Shown piece after piece: positions 12,789 through 26,300 of a stretch of 64,000 nt of DNA. The notes under the pieces are model-generated. The model worked only from the letters and a program-made list of their open reading frames with translations, searched no databases and was not told where the DNA came from. A program made the position numbers and the translations under genes. The stretch is taken from positions 24,796,345 to 24,860,344 of the forward strand of contig NC_134028.1 of the NCBI RefSeq assembly GCF_964204645.1, written 5' to 3'. This DNA comes from Tubulanus polymorphus. Lineage: Eukaryota > Animalia > Nemertea. How positions within the stretch are numbered: the stretch's first letter is position 1; every line of letters begins with the position of its first letter.

Positions 12789-13760
12789 TTCACCTAAAAT
12801 TGAAAATGAAACCAGCTGAATATTTGTTGACACTGAATTACGTAGATCGCTTCAGTTCATGTAGATATATACATACACATACACAGATATCAACAATTCG
12901 TTATCTTTTATCATGTATCACTTCACGATAATTTAGTAATACATTTCATTTCCTGGTCCGATAAAGATAATATCCCCAGATATCAAGTCTCTGAATGTGT
13001 CTATAAGTGAAATAAACATTGAAAAAATCGAATTCGTGTGTAAGCCTCGAAAACGCTACTATCATAGTAAAGTGTCAAATTGGATAATTCTTGAAGATAT
13101 CAAAGTGGTTTAGTATCCGGGATTTATGAGTTTGCACATAGAAATATGTGCACATTGAAAATTGGTTAAGTTTCTATGTATATGAAATACATTAGCCGTA
13201 ATACAAAAGCTACCGATGCTACATTTTGCGACATATTTCAATAGAAACATTAATCATAGTAATTAGATGTGTTGTGCCCCTTTCACTGTGGATACAATGT
13301 TCAACATCGCTTTCCACTGGGACGTTAATAGAAAAGCGAAAACATTTCATTAACTCTTAATATAAATTCGAACCCAACCTGCATTCTATAGATAATCGAT
13401 AATGAATTATATACCATAAAGTTGGACATAGGAAAACTTCTCAAACCAAAAATGAACTTCAGTGTAAACAAGTTTATTTTTTATTTTGGTATTCTATATT
13501 AGTTTGGTGTAAGGATTCTGCTTTTTCCGAAACTGATAATACACATTTCAGTCCTAGCGGTTTTCTACTAATGAATATGAAGGATTGATGAAGTCCAACT
13601 GTTGAAAAATACAATTGACGCAATCTAACTCGATACCGTGTAATGTCGAATTTGTTCATAACATACCTTGCACTGCTCCTAGTCAACCAGTGAAAACTGA
13701 AGAATGGTGTTGTCGCTTTCAGTACTGTTAAGTGTTGTGACAAGAGCGTCACAAGAGCTT

Positions 13761-13909
13761 GCTCATATCCTAGCAGATTTGGAAAACCCAAAGTATGAAT
13801 GGACTGATATGACGTCTGCGGGTGTATGGACTTTTGCTCATATCCTAGCAGATTTGGAAAATCCAAAGCATGAATGGATTGATATGACGTCAGCGGGTGT
13901 ATGGACTTT
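13761..13909 (+). repeat. 75-bp direct tandem duplication (2 copies) inside a 99-codon ORF (13704-14003)
   Basis: gctcatatcctagcagatttggaaaa...gtatggacttt starts at 13761 and again at 13836. Confidence 0.9.
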
Positions 13910-14663
13910 CCCCATTTATAAATACCCCGGTATAGTGTCTCAATCGTCTTTTCAACTCGCGCCGGAAAACCCAATTAACTGTTCTATGTATTTTAGGGAC
14001 TGACGAAACTGTTACTCGAAAACAAGTTCTTAATAGAAATAATGTGAACAATAACAAGCCAGAAAAAGTGTCCCGGGATAGCTCTGTGTAATCAACCTAT
14101 TTATTTTATTTGTAGCTTATCAATGAGTGTCATTCATTTGTGGAATTGAACTCAGCCTGCGCGCATTTCTTCGAAAAACGGAAAGACCTTGAGCGTCATG
14201 AATTTCCAGACAAAAAATATTTCAGCGAAAAATAATTTTTGAAGAGAAGACAAACAAGATCAATGAAAGTACAACGAGTAAACCAAAAACATTTTTGATT
14301 GAACGGCTAAACAATGCATTCGTGTATAGATCAAAGATGAAAAATTCATGGAGACATTAAGATACAAACCCACTATTTACAAATTAAAAGAATTCTAAAA
14401 TCGAGAATTTATTTATTGAAACAATCTAAAATATAAGAACACGACGTTTCCATCTCACCCTAGAGATCATCGTCAGGTGTCAGTGTGGTTATCGTACTAC
14501 ATAGAGACATGTTTCTAATTCGCTCTGCTGATTATTTCTAACTCGTATTTGAAATAATAGCATTTCATCGTGGTAGATATTGGCATGTCTCTACCTATTC
14601 CGGAATTATATTCTGGCGCATTCATTTCGATACATAGTCAGGAAAAGAACCCGATTGAAACGA

Positions 14664-14972
14664 CCGGGATGGGTTCGGATAGGTTTCGGCATGGTCTAAT
14701 GCCGAAATTAGTTCTCTCGTCGCGGATAGCAGTCGCGGGAATGGCGCTGTCAGTTTGAGCTGGAACATCGATGTGCCCAGCTCAATAGTAATGCGAGGCA
14801 AAATACCGAGGTGAAGTAAATGATTCAATAGAAGAAAAGAAAGTAGTGAATAACGATGTGAATCCGTGTATTCAGATGCCGTCAAATTGTCCAAGATGGC
14901 CGCGTGTTAGGCGTGTCGCATAATTCCTCTGATCAGTTTAGTTTTAGAGGCGCTTGTTTGGTTAGCGTGTCC
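14664..14972 (+). pseudogene. Inverted, degenerate fragment of the Rhs toxin gene (end of exon 1, intron, start of exon 2)
   Basis: Reads GLMPKLVLS / DSSRGNGAVSLSWNIDVPSSIV, then an intron-like spacer with the donor mutated to GC, then ttcag|atgccgtcaa..caagatggccgcgtgttaggcgtgtcg (CRQ..QDGRVLGVS). Frameshifts are present. Confidence 0.85.
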
Positions 14973-15462
14973 CCCACGCGGCGTGTCATACAATTATTTC
15001 GAAAAGGAAGAAAAAATATATGTTTTTGAAAACAAATTTAATAATAAAATCAACATTGCACGATATCGATGAAGTAATGAAAAATTGTTTAAAATACAAT
15101 GATATCTACATGCAGCAGACTCAGCCTTACCCCGAAGAACTACTCAAATCGCTAGGTTAGGAAGACTTTACATAAATATATTCAATCGCAACCAGGATTT
15201 CGAGGCAAGCGAGGCCGGTCCATCAGGTTCGCAAGTTGGTTATAATCGCTCTATGGACCCTCAATATCAATCCGAGTTCATTGCGATTTGCCTAATGTCG
15301 TACACAGAAGAGACCAGTAACTTAGAGGTAAATTTTGCCCTTCTACGCACGCCATCTAGCAGAGGCTCCTAACTTCCTTGTGGAATATTTACTATCAATG
15401 CACTATACCGAGTAAGGGTAGAGTCTACTGTATGTAATTGTATGTAACATATTTGGATCTTT

Positions 15463-18400
15463 TCACGTTCTCTTCTGTAGCAATCGTTTACACCTGGAGA
15501 ATTTAACGCAACGATTTTTATGTAGAACGAGGCCGGGCGCGCATTCACATCCGGGTACACACGGGCGATTGCAGTTCCGGTCAGCTGTCGGGTTTTCGCA
15601 GGTGCGCAGACACGCGGACATACACTTCTCATATTTCGAACCGTAGATACATTTCGGCGCTAAAATCGAAAAGAATGAAGAATATTTTTACACATTTTTC
15701 AAGTCGCTATTTTTCAAAAAGAAATATTACAAATTCCACGCGCTAGAACTACCAACACACGACTTTTCGACGTTTCACACTATGTCAGTTTCAAATGAAC
15801 TGGGTAGAGAAGTAGGAATCTGTACAAGAGGTCATCATTCATTGAATTTAGAAAAGAGACGTTTCAACACCAAGTAGAGGAAACTTCTTTGGAGTACGCG
15901 TAGTCAACACATGGAAGTAGACAGCTCCATCAACGAATGCATTTAAGAACAGCGACATAACACCGTAAGTTCTATTGCTGCCACTATTGACATTTCAGGT
16001 CAAATGACACAAATGCTTTGTCGAAAAGTCGTGTCTTGATAATGTTCAGTGCTTTTTACACGCAATACTTTACTATTATTAATAGATAACTAATAATCAT
16101 TTTATTAAATGAAAAGATTCTTACTTCCGCAGAAATGTGGTGTTTTCCATTCAGCGACGATATTAAAACGAGCACAGGCTTTCGTATAAGCGATCAACGC
16201 TTCACAGCTACACTGCATGTTACTTGGACAATCACATACATCAGTTACACACGCCCTGTAAAGATAATGCAATTCTTTTTTGAGTAAAGTGATTTCAGAA
16301 GGTTAGAAATGCGTCCATAAAAAAAGAGGTGGGACCAGAGACAGCAGCTCTCGGTTCTCGGGACTTAAAGCATTGAAACTTATCCAAACGCTATGTTCAA
16401 ATTTAACCGACAATCTGTGGAATCAGGCACAAATTTGCGGTCAGTAACTCCCTCTTCGCGAAGCTTTCGTTATTTTGAGATCAATGAAACACACTACCGG
16501 GTTGTCTAGTGTACTACGAGTAAAGTCAGTTATATAGATAAATAAACTATTTCTTAGTTTCTACAGGCCCCTCCAGGTCTAATTTACTGTATTTTGTATT
16601 ATGCTTTGTACACTATGCGGTAAATTATATTTGAAAAATAAAGTGTTCATTCATTCATGGACAAATTCTTTGTGGAAAATACAAAATGTATACGTACTTG
16701 TAATAAGGACGGACGGGTAAGACTTCTCGGCATTTGGCGAACGCCGGCGTGAACAAAAAACTGCATTCCTGATGAGCTAGCATTTTATGAGAGAAGACGC
16801 TTGGATTCAAACACGGCGAAGGTTTATTCGATCTGTTCGGTTTCAGACATTTCCCTCCGACTCGCCACTGATCGCCGAATTCCTTCGAATCGTGTACCCG
16901 TTTGCCGTTTTTACCAATGAAATCGTCGCTAGGATCGCCGTTGTAATTGCCGCACAAGCCGCACAGTTTCGTTTTCAACTTCGCGGGCACGGTCACCTCC
17001 AGATAACTGTCTCCGTCCCAGACGATTTTGATGCCGTTCGAAGCCCGAACTACGATCGACATATCCTCGATCGTGATATTAAAGCCGTCGTGCTCGTACG
17101 GTAAATCCACTGTTTTACGCTCGACGCGCACGAGCATTCTCTGCAACAGGAAAATCCGCGTCTTATTCAACTGAACGGCGGCCATCTTGGTCCAAGCGTA
17201 GTTTTCGTAAAGTCGCACGTGGTTTCGTACTCGTATGTTGAAAGCGGCCTCGTCCGAGCAGAGCTTCGTCAAAGTGTATTTACAATTTCCTTGGAAGTCG
17301 AACATTTTCCCGTCGTAGGTTCGATAATGCGGGTCTCCAAATACGGTACACACAGATTCACCTGGGGAAAAGACACAACATTTTCGTTTGAGATTCAGAC
17401 ATAAATTGCTTTTACGCATGAACAGAAGAACACGTTTTTTTGGTACATGCGATGTATTCTCTCGGATTGGGACCTCACGAGGCACGTACGCCATGCCGTA
17501 AGATAAACGGGTGAATTTCGCGAGCAAACTTACGGCTTGGAGTAATCAAATGATTTACTCAAAGCTTACGGGTTCAGTGGAACCATACGGGCAACCCATA
17601 AATCTCACGGCGGCGGGCCCAAAGCACCTCGTAACAGAATCGCTCATTGCAGACGTTTGTATTGATGATAAGTAGTATTCCTTTAAGAGCTTCGTATTTG
17701 CGGAATTTGCGGTATACTTACGTTCGACACACCTCGGGCAGCATTCGCCGGCCGGAGTTTTCAGTTCGAAATTCTGAAGGCATACGATTTGTTTCTTTTC
17801 ACACGGGACGACTCTGCATACATTCTCACCGTTAACGCATTCGCACTGCGAACAGCCGTGTCGCCATGTTTGACCATGCTGCAAATAAGATGTTTCAGAA
17901 TGAAATAATATTTCGTTTCTCAAAGAACAATTAATCGTCGAATGATCCCGACAATGTAGATTATAAGAACAATTTTGAAGCTATGGCTATATCAATTTGT
18001 TAGCTAACTGCATCACAGGCCAGTTGCTCAAAAGCTGATAAACTAAATAGCAGACAAAGTACTGCATTTTGACCATATAGTATTCATCTTTGATAATACA
18101 AAGATAAATTGATGACTGATTTATAAGAAGGTTAATTACCGCGTATGTGATATCTTCCATTTTACACATTTTCCCATGTTTACATTTCGGGCAACATTCT
18201 CCTGGTGGGTTGATTATATCTTCTAAACTACAGTCAAGAGGACCACATTTCTCCACATCACACACCACCATACTATTCTGTATTGAGATAGACATTGCTA
18301 TTATCAAACCTTTAACATGTCGTACACAAATACATGAATAACGTAATGTGGCATTTGTTTTAGATTCAGCGCCGAATTCATGAATACATACCCTACAAAA

Positions 18401-18857
18401 ACATCTTATACACGGATTATCAGCAACCATCGGCACATCTATAGAACCTTCAACGTCACACTTCGCAAGGGTTCCTACAGAATTGAAGATGAATACTTGT
18501 CAAAACAGACAATTCCATTATGGATAAACCATAGTGAGTAAAACCATTAGAAACTGTCAGAAAATTGAAATGCGGGTTTCGCTTAGTAACCCTGAATAAT
18601 AAGATTAATATCACAGTCAACCAGTCATGAATAAGTGTAGTAGAAACAGTTCTACCTTCCAAACATATCGATTTTGAAATCTTTACCAAATCGTTTACAA
18701 ACAATTTCGAAACTTTTTACGGCAAAAACTAAAATTCGTAGATCGCTTCAAGAACTGACATGAAAAGTTATTTACCTGCTAATACGGCGACTGCTTCGTC
18801 GATACAACCCGAAAACACAACGATTGAAAATACGATAGCTCTAAAAATCCAATCCAT
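15463..18857 (-). CDS. BMPER: BMP-binding endothelial regulator / Crossveinless-2-like. Exons 18857-18776, 18474-18392, 18277-18140, 17878-17722, 17361-16698, 16255-16125, 15659-15463; ~483 aa
   Basis: Signal peptide MDWIFRAIVFSIVVFSGC; Cv-2-like N-terminus GTLAKCDVEGS..DNPCIRCFC; VWC repeats ending CCPKC and CCPRC; VWD with CTVFGDPHY (GDPH autocleavage); C8 and TIL domains. All introns are GT-AG and the summed exon length keeps the frame. Confidence 0.88.
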
Positions 18858-20371
18858 CTCCCATTTTGCCGTTACTGTGATATTCTAATCGTGTTGAGCG
18901 TATTCTCGAGCAGAAATAAATTGACCCGTTGCCTTTCACAATCACTGCATAAATGTGAATTTAAATAGACGAGCAGGCCGCTCTTTATAGTCTCGTGAAA
19001 TGACATCTATAATATGAGGCGTGATCACCAGTCTTGCTGGGCACGTAGATTATCATTCACTGTGTTAATTATCCAGCGAATGGCGTTTGTTGACACCTAA
19101 ATTAGACACAAACAATGTTAATCCCTTTACGTGTCACTTTGCAAGCGCCAGATTCGCTCCTGTCTAAAAATTCCTGTCCAATACAACGCTCCAGTTTAAG
19201 GTCCAGCTGTATCAGTCGTACTCAAGTCCATAAGTTATCTTAAATTTTAAGACTATATAGCCTTAGTCAGTTTGGGCCACATAAAAGTGGTCTGAATAAC
19301 GTTAATAACGCTAAGACTGTGCAACTGGCCCATGGGCATCGGCGCTTTCCTACGTGGAGGCACCACGGTTATGCAATTCAAACTGTACTTGAACTGTGCC
19401 GTGAACTCATTTTAACTTGTAATATTTGAGCTGTGCGATAACTTCTGGTATTCACGAACTTTTATTTGTACAATAAAATTAATGTTCATGGTGTAAATTA
19501 CTTCCAGGAATGCTAATCAAGTTAAGGGTAGTGTAATTGGCACCAAATAATTTCATGGGTAATTTACTATCTAATTCAGAAGAAGATTTATTGGGTAAAG
19601 CTCATAAAAGGAATGAGAAATTTCTATTTTGATTTATTTCAGTAAATGAGGTAGTTTGACGACGATCAATTGAAAAGTGACCCGGCTCGCGCGCCAGTTT
19701 ATTTTACCGTACTGTACCGCCATCTATATCGCGTCGGGTCCGGTATCTTTCGGAGCCCGCCAGTCCGTACGGTGTCGCCATCTACATTAATGGAGGAGAG
19801 CTGTCAGAATTTTGTAAATAAAAACACACGTCATTCTTCATGTAAATTATCGGTGTTTTCACGCTTATCGCGAGTCGATGCGGCGCTGTTTATCGATAAC
19901 AAGTCAGTTTAGATCTTAGATACAGTTAATTTTTTTGCTGTAGTCTTGTTGTCAGAGGCTAAATAGAACAATTTGGCCTCGAGCCCGAGATTCGAACAAA
20001 AAAAAACGAAACAGAAAAAAAATCCATTGTGTAGTTCGTTGATCACTGTTCAATTTGAAAATATCTGTAATTTTAAATCGTTTAGTAGGCTTAATCTTGA
20101 AATAATCTTTGCAAGGTTGCGTCCCATTATAATTTTTTCGTTATAAGCTTTTGTAACTTAATATTATATTGCCATTAAATTTATTAATTGACAATTGTTC
20201 TAAATTTTGAGATATCAAAAATTAGATTATTTTCCGTCTATCAATTTTGATGTTTAAGAAAATGATGGCCGTATGAATCATTGTTTTTATCTTCGAAGGT
20301 TAATTCCTGGTGAGAATATGATTTGACGAATGATACATCGCATCAGTTCAATGTAGTCGTAACGGAGTATA

Positions 20372-23300
20372 ATGGATGCGAGTGCAGGTGAGCGCGCTGT
20401 TAAACTATTTCAGCAAGCTCAGTACGTCGATGCATGCGCCATCTATTCCAAATGTCTGGAACGAATTGTGGAGTCGTCGAATCAAGATGATCACGGAAAA
20501 CGAGTTCAACTGTTGCTCAATCGATCGGCTTGTCACGTTAAATTGGTAAGTAGCAGGTCGACTAGTACACGGGTCAAACTCGTACCCGGTCAACTGGTGC
20601 ACAGGTCAAACTCGTACCTGGGTCAACTCATACCCGGTCAACTGGTACACGGGTCAAACTGGTACCTGGGTCAACTCATACCCGGTCAACTGGTACACTG
20701 GTCAAATCGGTACCTGGGTCAACTCATACTCGGTCAACTGGTACACTGGTCAAATTGGTACCTGGGTCAACTCATACCCGGTCAACTGGTACACAGGTCA
20801 AACTGGTACCTGGGTCAACTCATACCCGGTCAACTGGTACACATGTCAAACTGGTACCTGGGTCAACTCATACCCGGTCAACTGGTACACAGGTCAAACT
20901 GGTACCTGGGTCAACTCATACCCGGTCAACTGGTACACAGGTCAAACTGGTACCTGGGTCAACTCATACCCGGTCAACTGGTACCCGGTCAAACTCGGAA
21001 GACTCTCATAAGCCTAATGCACCTGATATGACTTTCAAGATGATTTTGATGATATTCAGAACCAGGAACGCCTTACCTCTCATTGAGTCACTGGTACTTG
21101 CCTTTTCAGGGATATAAATCACACTGTTTTTGATATGTTTTGTTGCCCCTCTTTTGCGTGATAGTCTCTCTAGTTACAAGCTGGATCCATTAGGCTTTCA
21201 TAACTTGAGATAATTATTACTATTTATTTTTATTTCAGAAAAACTATGAAGCCGCCATAGAAGATTATGAACAAGGTACGCTGTGAATGGAATGCCACAA
21301 TTAACTCAAGCTCTCAGTCTTCTTATAGCTTTTAGACCTTACATCAAATAATGAAAAGGCAAAAACTGATATCAATTATTCAAAACTCTTTCAACCTGTT
21401 TTTCTGTTAGAAAAAGTATTTGATGTGAACAAACTTGACCTTAGAACAAACTGCTTCATTGTCAATGCTCATTGGTCAATTTTGGACAATATGGTTGACT
21501 ATGTAACAGCTCCATTGCCCACTATGAGATAACTCGTATAAGCAACTGGGGGCAGTGAATATGTTAATTAAGCATTGGATTGTGGAACAGAATGAAAGAT
21601 ATTTTTAGAACCCCGGCCTTCAGTTTCCAAACTTTATTTTACAGTTTTGTTAATCGATGAGTTGAACGCGAAAGCGTTTTTAAAGAAGATAAAAGCTCTG
21701 TCGTCAATTGGCAAATTTGTAAACGCGTTCGAAACTGCGAAAACATGGCTCGAAAAGGATGAACAGGTACTATCATTTGATTTGAGGCACGATATAAAGA
21801 TAGAGTCCAAAAGCTCTTGATCGTTATGAACTTTTGTATGTATGATTTTTAGAATGTACAAGCTAAGAAAGAAGTTGATCGACTGGAAATAGTTGTAAAA
21901 GCTCTACTCGACCAGGTAAGCTCATATTTAATGTGACCTGTCGGTTTAGTTTTTGAAGGTGTCTACCCCTTAAGCCTGAGAGTCTTAACCCTTGTTGTGA
22001 TTAGCGAATATTTTTTGTGGCCCCAGCAGTGTTTTGATGTGAGTCTATACATCGGATGAAGTTTAGTTAAACTTAGATTTCATTTTCAAATGTGGAACTC
22101 TTTTAAGTCTTGTGTGTTGTACATCTATATATCCTAGTTTTACAAATGTTTTTTAATCACAAATATGGCCACTTCTAGCGTGCTTGTGGGTTGAATTTTA
22201 GACAATTTCTCATTGTAGCAGTTAGATGAAGATGATGATGACGTTATCATTATTGACAATGGAATAACAGTCGACTGGGAAAAGGAGGAAAATGTTGAGA
22301 GCACCCCGTCGATTGAGAAAACCAAACCAGATACGTGTAGTAATTGTGATATCACTGATGATAATGAGGAGGGTAAGTCAAGGGTGGATCCGAGGAGCGG
22401 GTGCAGGGGATGTGGCCCCCCTCCTAAAAATGTCAAGTTGCCCTGAAATTGTAGGCCTACAGGAAATAAAAAATACTAAATTGATACCTAAGAAAATTTA
22501 AATTCATAAGCTTGTTCTCTGTATATCCGATGATGAGTTAATGTTTGCGGTGAATTAATTATTTCGAAGATGAATTATTGCGAGTAACGTATAATTTTTC
22601 TAGAGAATGATTCGATGAAGATTGATTTAGCTATCGATGCATGTTTGGAACCTGCGAGCGGCGGTGCAAATGAAAATGACGATGACGTCGATGTCGAAGA
22701 TGAAAAAGGTGATGACGATGATGGAGAATTGGAAGTTGATATTGCGGATAATAACGACAATTCTCAGCAGAGCGGTGACGATAAAAATGATGGCGGTCGA
22801 ACATGGAGGTTCCGTGAACCGCCGCGAGGCCTTACCAGCGAAGAATTCCAGAAATGTCCCAGGTGTGTTCTGTAATATTCTGTATCCAGGACCCGCTTAA
22901 GTTGAATTCTACTCTACAAGATTACAGTTGAACCTCCTTGAAACGATTCTGTTTAAGATGAAACCCATTTACTACGATGGTTTCCAGCAGAGATATTTAT
23001 ATTAACAATTTCCCTTTTGACTACAAGAATTGTCTACATTTTCGCTCTTTCAACCCTAGCATGCTGCGATATTTCAATAGAGATTTAAAAAAGTCATTCC
23101 TACTTATATCAATATACTGTGATGCAATGTATTAGCAAAACCCATTACCGATCTATACACCGCACTGTGGTGTAGATGCACTGAAAGGATTAATGTTTAA
23201 TGATCATTATTCTGCCAGGTTTATGTCGAGTGGAATTTGTCGATTCGGCGATAAATGTACGGAAGCTCATTGCGACGGAGAACTGCTTGAGTGGCGCAAA

Positions 23301-26300
23301 CGTTTCGATGACCGTTACGAGCAGCTGCAGCGAGAGAGGGACGAGGAGAATCGTGGAGCCGGCCTCTCGTACGCTGAACAGCTACTAGAAAAATGGATGA
23401 ACGCCGATAATCCAGAAACAATCGTAAGTGTCAACATTGAGATGGAGGAGTGGAGGCTGAGGCATGTATGATAGTGGCTACCACAGTTCAGACTGTACCC
23501 AGTTCCACAGTTCAGACTGTACCCAGTTCCACAGTTCAGACTGTACCCAGTGTCACATTTCTGATTGCACCCAGATTGCAGTTGGTTGAATAAATAGATT
23601 TTTGCTTTCACATTTCAGATGACGAGTAACCCTCCTGGTATCAAATTCTACTGCAATTCAGATTCATCAATAACTATGGCAACTAAAAGGTGTAATCACG
23701 CTTGGCTTTTCACGTTGACTAGCAAGGTAGGTAGCTTTAGCACGTGCTTCATTCATGATTGGGAATACGTACGTACACCTACATGCGCCATCAATTTCCA
23801 CGTCGAAAAAGAAAGAACTAACTTTTTAAATCCGCTGAAAAATAATTTGCTAAGAGCTTACTGAAATGTCGTAAGTTTTGATTAAAATTTGAGTCTATTT
23901 CTATCCGTTGAAAGCTGTATTTAGCTCGTGTGATTCTATTGGACGAATCAAAACGCCATTTCAACATAACGTCCGTCACGATCGGCCCGAAGAAAAATCA
24001 AAAATCGCAAAAACTCGACGAGAGTTGTCAAGAATGGTTGAATCCTGTCGATCAGAATAACTTGTCAAAAAACGAAACTGTCTACAGAGTAAAGGTCAGT
24101 TTTATTTTCTCTCACTATGATTTTCTATTCCCCTAAATGCTAACTGCACAATTGAGTCTAAGCTCATTTTGGTTCTATAGTCAATCTAACAATATGACAA
24201 GACTAAGCTCATTTTGGTTCTATAGTCAATCTAACAAATTAACACTGGTCTAAGCTAATTTTGGTTCTATAGTCAATCTAACAAATTAACACTGGTCTAA
24301 GCTTATTTTGGTTCTATAGTCAATCTAACAAATTAAGACTGGTCTAAGCTTATTTTGGTTCTATAGTCAATCTAACAAATTAAGACTGGGGTAAGCTTAT
24401 TTTGGTTCTATAGTCAATCTAACAAATTAAGACTGGTCTAAGCTTATTTTGGTTCTATAGTCAATCTAACAAATTAAGACTGGTCTAAGCTTATTTTGGT
24501 TCTATAGTCAATCTAACAAATTAAGACTGGGGTAAGCTCATTTTGGTTCTACGGCTAATCCAACAACTACAGAGCAGTTTTATGATTTAGTACCACTCCC
24601 CCTAAAGTTCACTGTTATGATAACATTCGACTATTTTCTATGATTTCAGATTCTATTTCGTACGGATATATTCGGAACGTTTCGTCAAACAGTCGTGTTT
24701 GATTTCGGTGTCGAACCGGTGATGTGTCAGCAGCTGTGCGTCGACTCCAGTCCGGTAATCGACGTCGATAAACTACAAGCTGAGTTAACCCTGAGTGAAA
24801 GCGGCCGCTGGGAAGTATCGACTATACCCATCGTTGAATTCCTCCCAAAGTAAGCGTTTTCCTTATCTGACTTTCAAAGTATTTTATCGAATTTACTGTA
24901 CATCCATCATACTTTTTTGTGTACTGTGGACTGTGGATGGAATTTGTTGAAATTTTATGACTATTGGATCATGTTGAGAAGAGTTATGTATTTTTGAGGG
25001 TCCACCTTTCAACATGTCTGACTGGTGGCCGCATTTGTTCTTAAAGCTATCTAGGCAAACATCCTTCTGTTCAAGATACAGACTGAACCAGCGAATGGAT
25101 TCTTAAATAAATTCACGACTTCTTATGAAATCTACCGGGTATGTGAAATAATTTGTGGTTAAAATTGTGATATCTGATTTCGTCGTAGGCCGCGTTGTAA
25201 CCGTCGTGATGCCGAATTGTTGGAGAAATATCCGGTTCCGTCTGCCGCACAGATTGCTACTAGCCATTGTTTACAGGACGGCGTCACGTCGAAGGAAAAC
25301 TACCGCGATCGAATGCACAGTTTGTTGTACATTGAAGAAATGGCGCAATATTCAAATGTATCCAAGTACGTAATACACTGATACTGATTAGTGAAAAATT
25401 GTGAAGAATGGAATGTCTGCTTAGAAATGTGAGAATCTGTGAAATATGATGAAAATGTGTGAACAGTTCAAGAAAAGTGTCTGTCAAGATATTTTGATTG
25501 CCGCTTATGTCATATACTGCAGAGCTTTGAATTCATTTTAATCTGTCCAAGTAGTAACCAATAACTGCTTATATTATTGATGTGAAACATTTGTAAAAGA
25601 TTATGAAAAATGTGAAAAATCCTGATATTTCATAGTAGAAAATTGTGAAAAAGTAAGGATGTTATTCAGAGTTCATCAATTTGATCGATGTGAATTTTAA
25701 GCATTATCTATTCATAGGGAGTAGTGGCTAGCATCCAATTATCAGAAAAATCTTAAGCTTAAAAGCTTAAGAAAAGTTTCAATGAAGTGGTAATTGTTTT
25801 TGAACATTCCAGAGTTCATCGATCTGATCCTTTTATGCTCGTACACTTCAGATATAACATCAAAACCTGGTTGGATTTAACGACACGATTCATGTTGATG
25901 CCTTCGACGTATTCCACGGCTAAATACGCTCAAAACGACGAGCTGTTCGCGCACACGAACCTAGCGACGGAGATCTCCGAGGATACCGCTCACGGGCGGC
26001 TCATTTTACAGAACGTCAATCGCGTTCTCATCGCGGCCGTCGATAAAAATAACAAGTCCGAAAACCAAACTCCCGAAAAGGTCAGTGGTTTATCACTTAA
26101 TTCCTCCCTGAATCAGTGCACCGTCCCGAATCAGACCTAGATTCACCCCTGAGATTATTCATGCTATGATTAAAATTCCGCTGTACACCATTTTCACTAC
26201 TGACCCTGTGAAAATAACTCATGAATTCTCCATTCATTCAGGACGTATCCTAAAATTTGCCTAAAATTCAGAATTCCGGTACTACTCATTACTAGCCTCA

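Noticed and set aside
24157-24565. CRISPR-like regular repeats (also 20560-20995 and 45597-46800)
   Set aside because: They are head-to-tail repeats with no unique spacers, there are no cas genes, and the context is eukaryotic.
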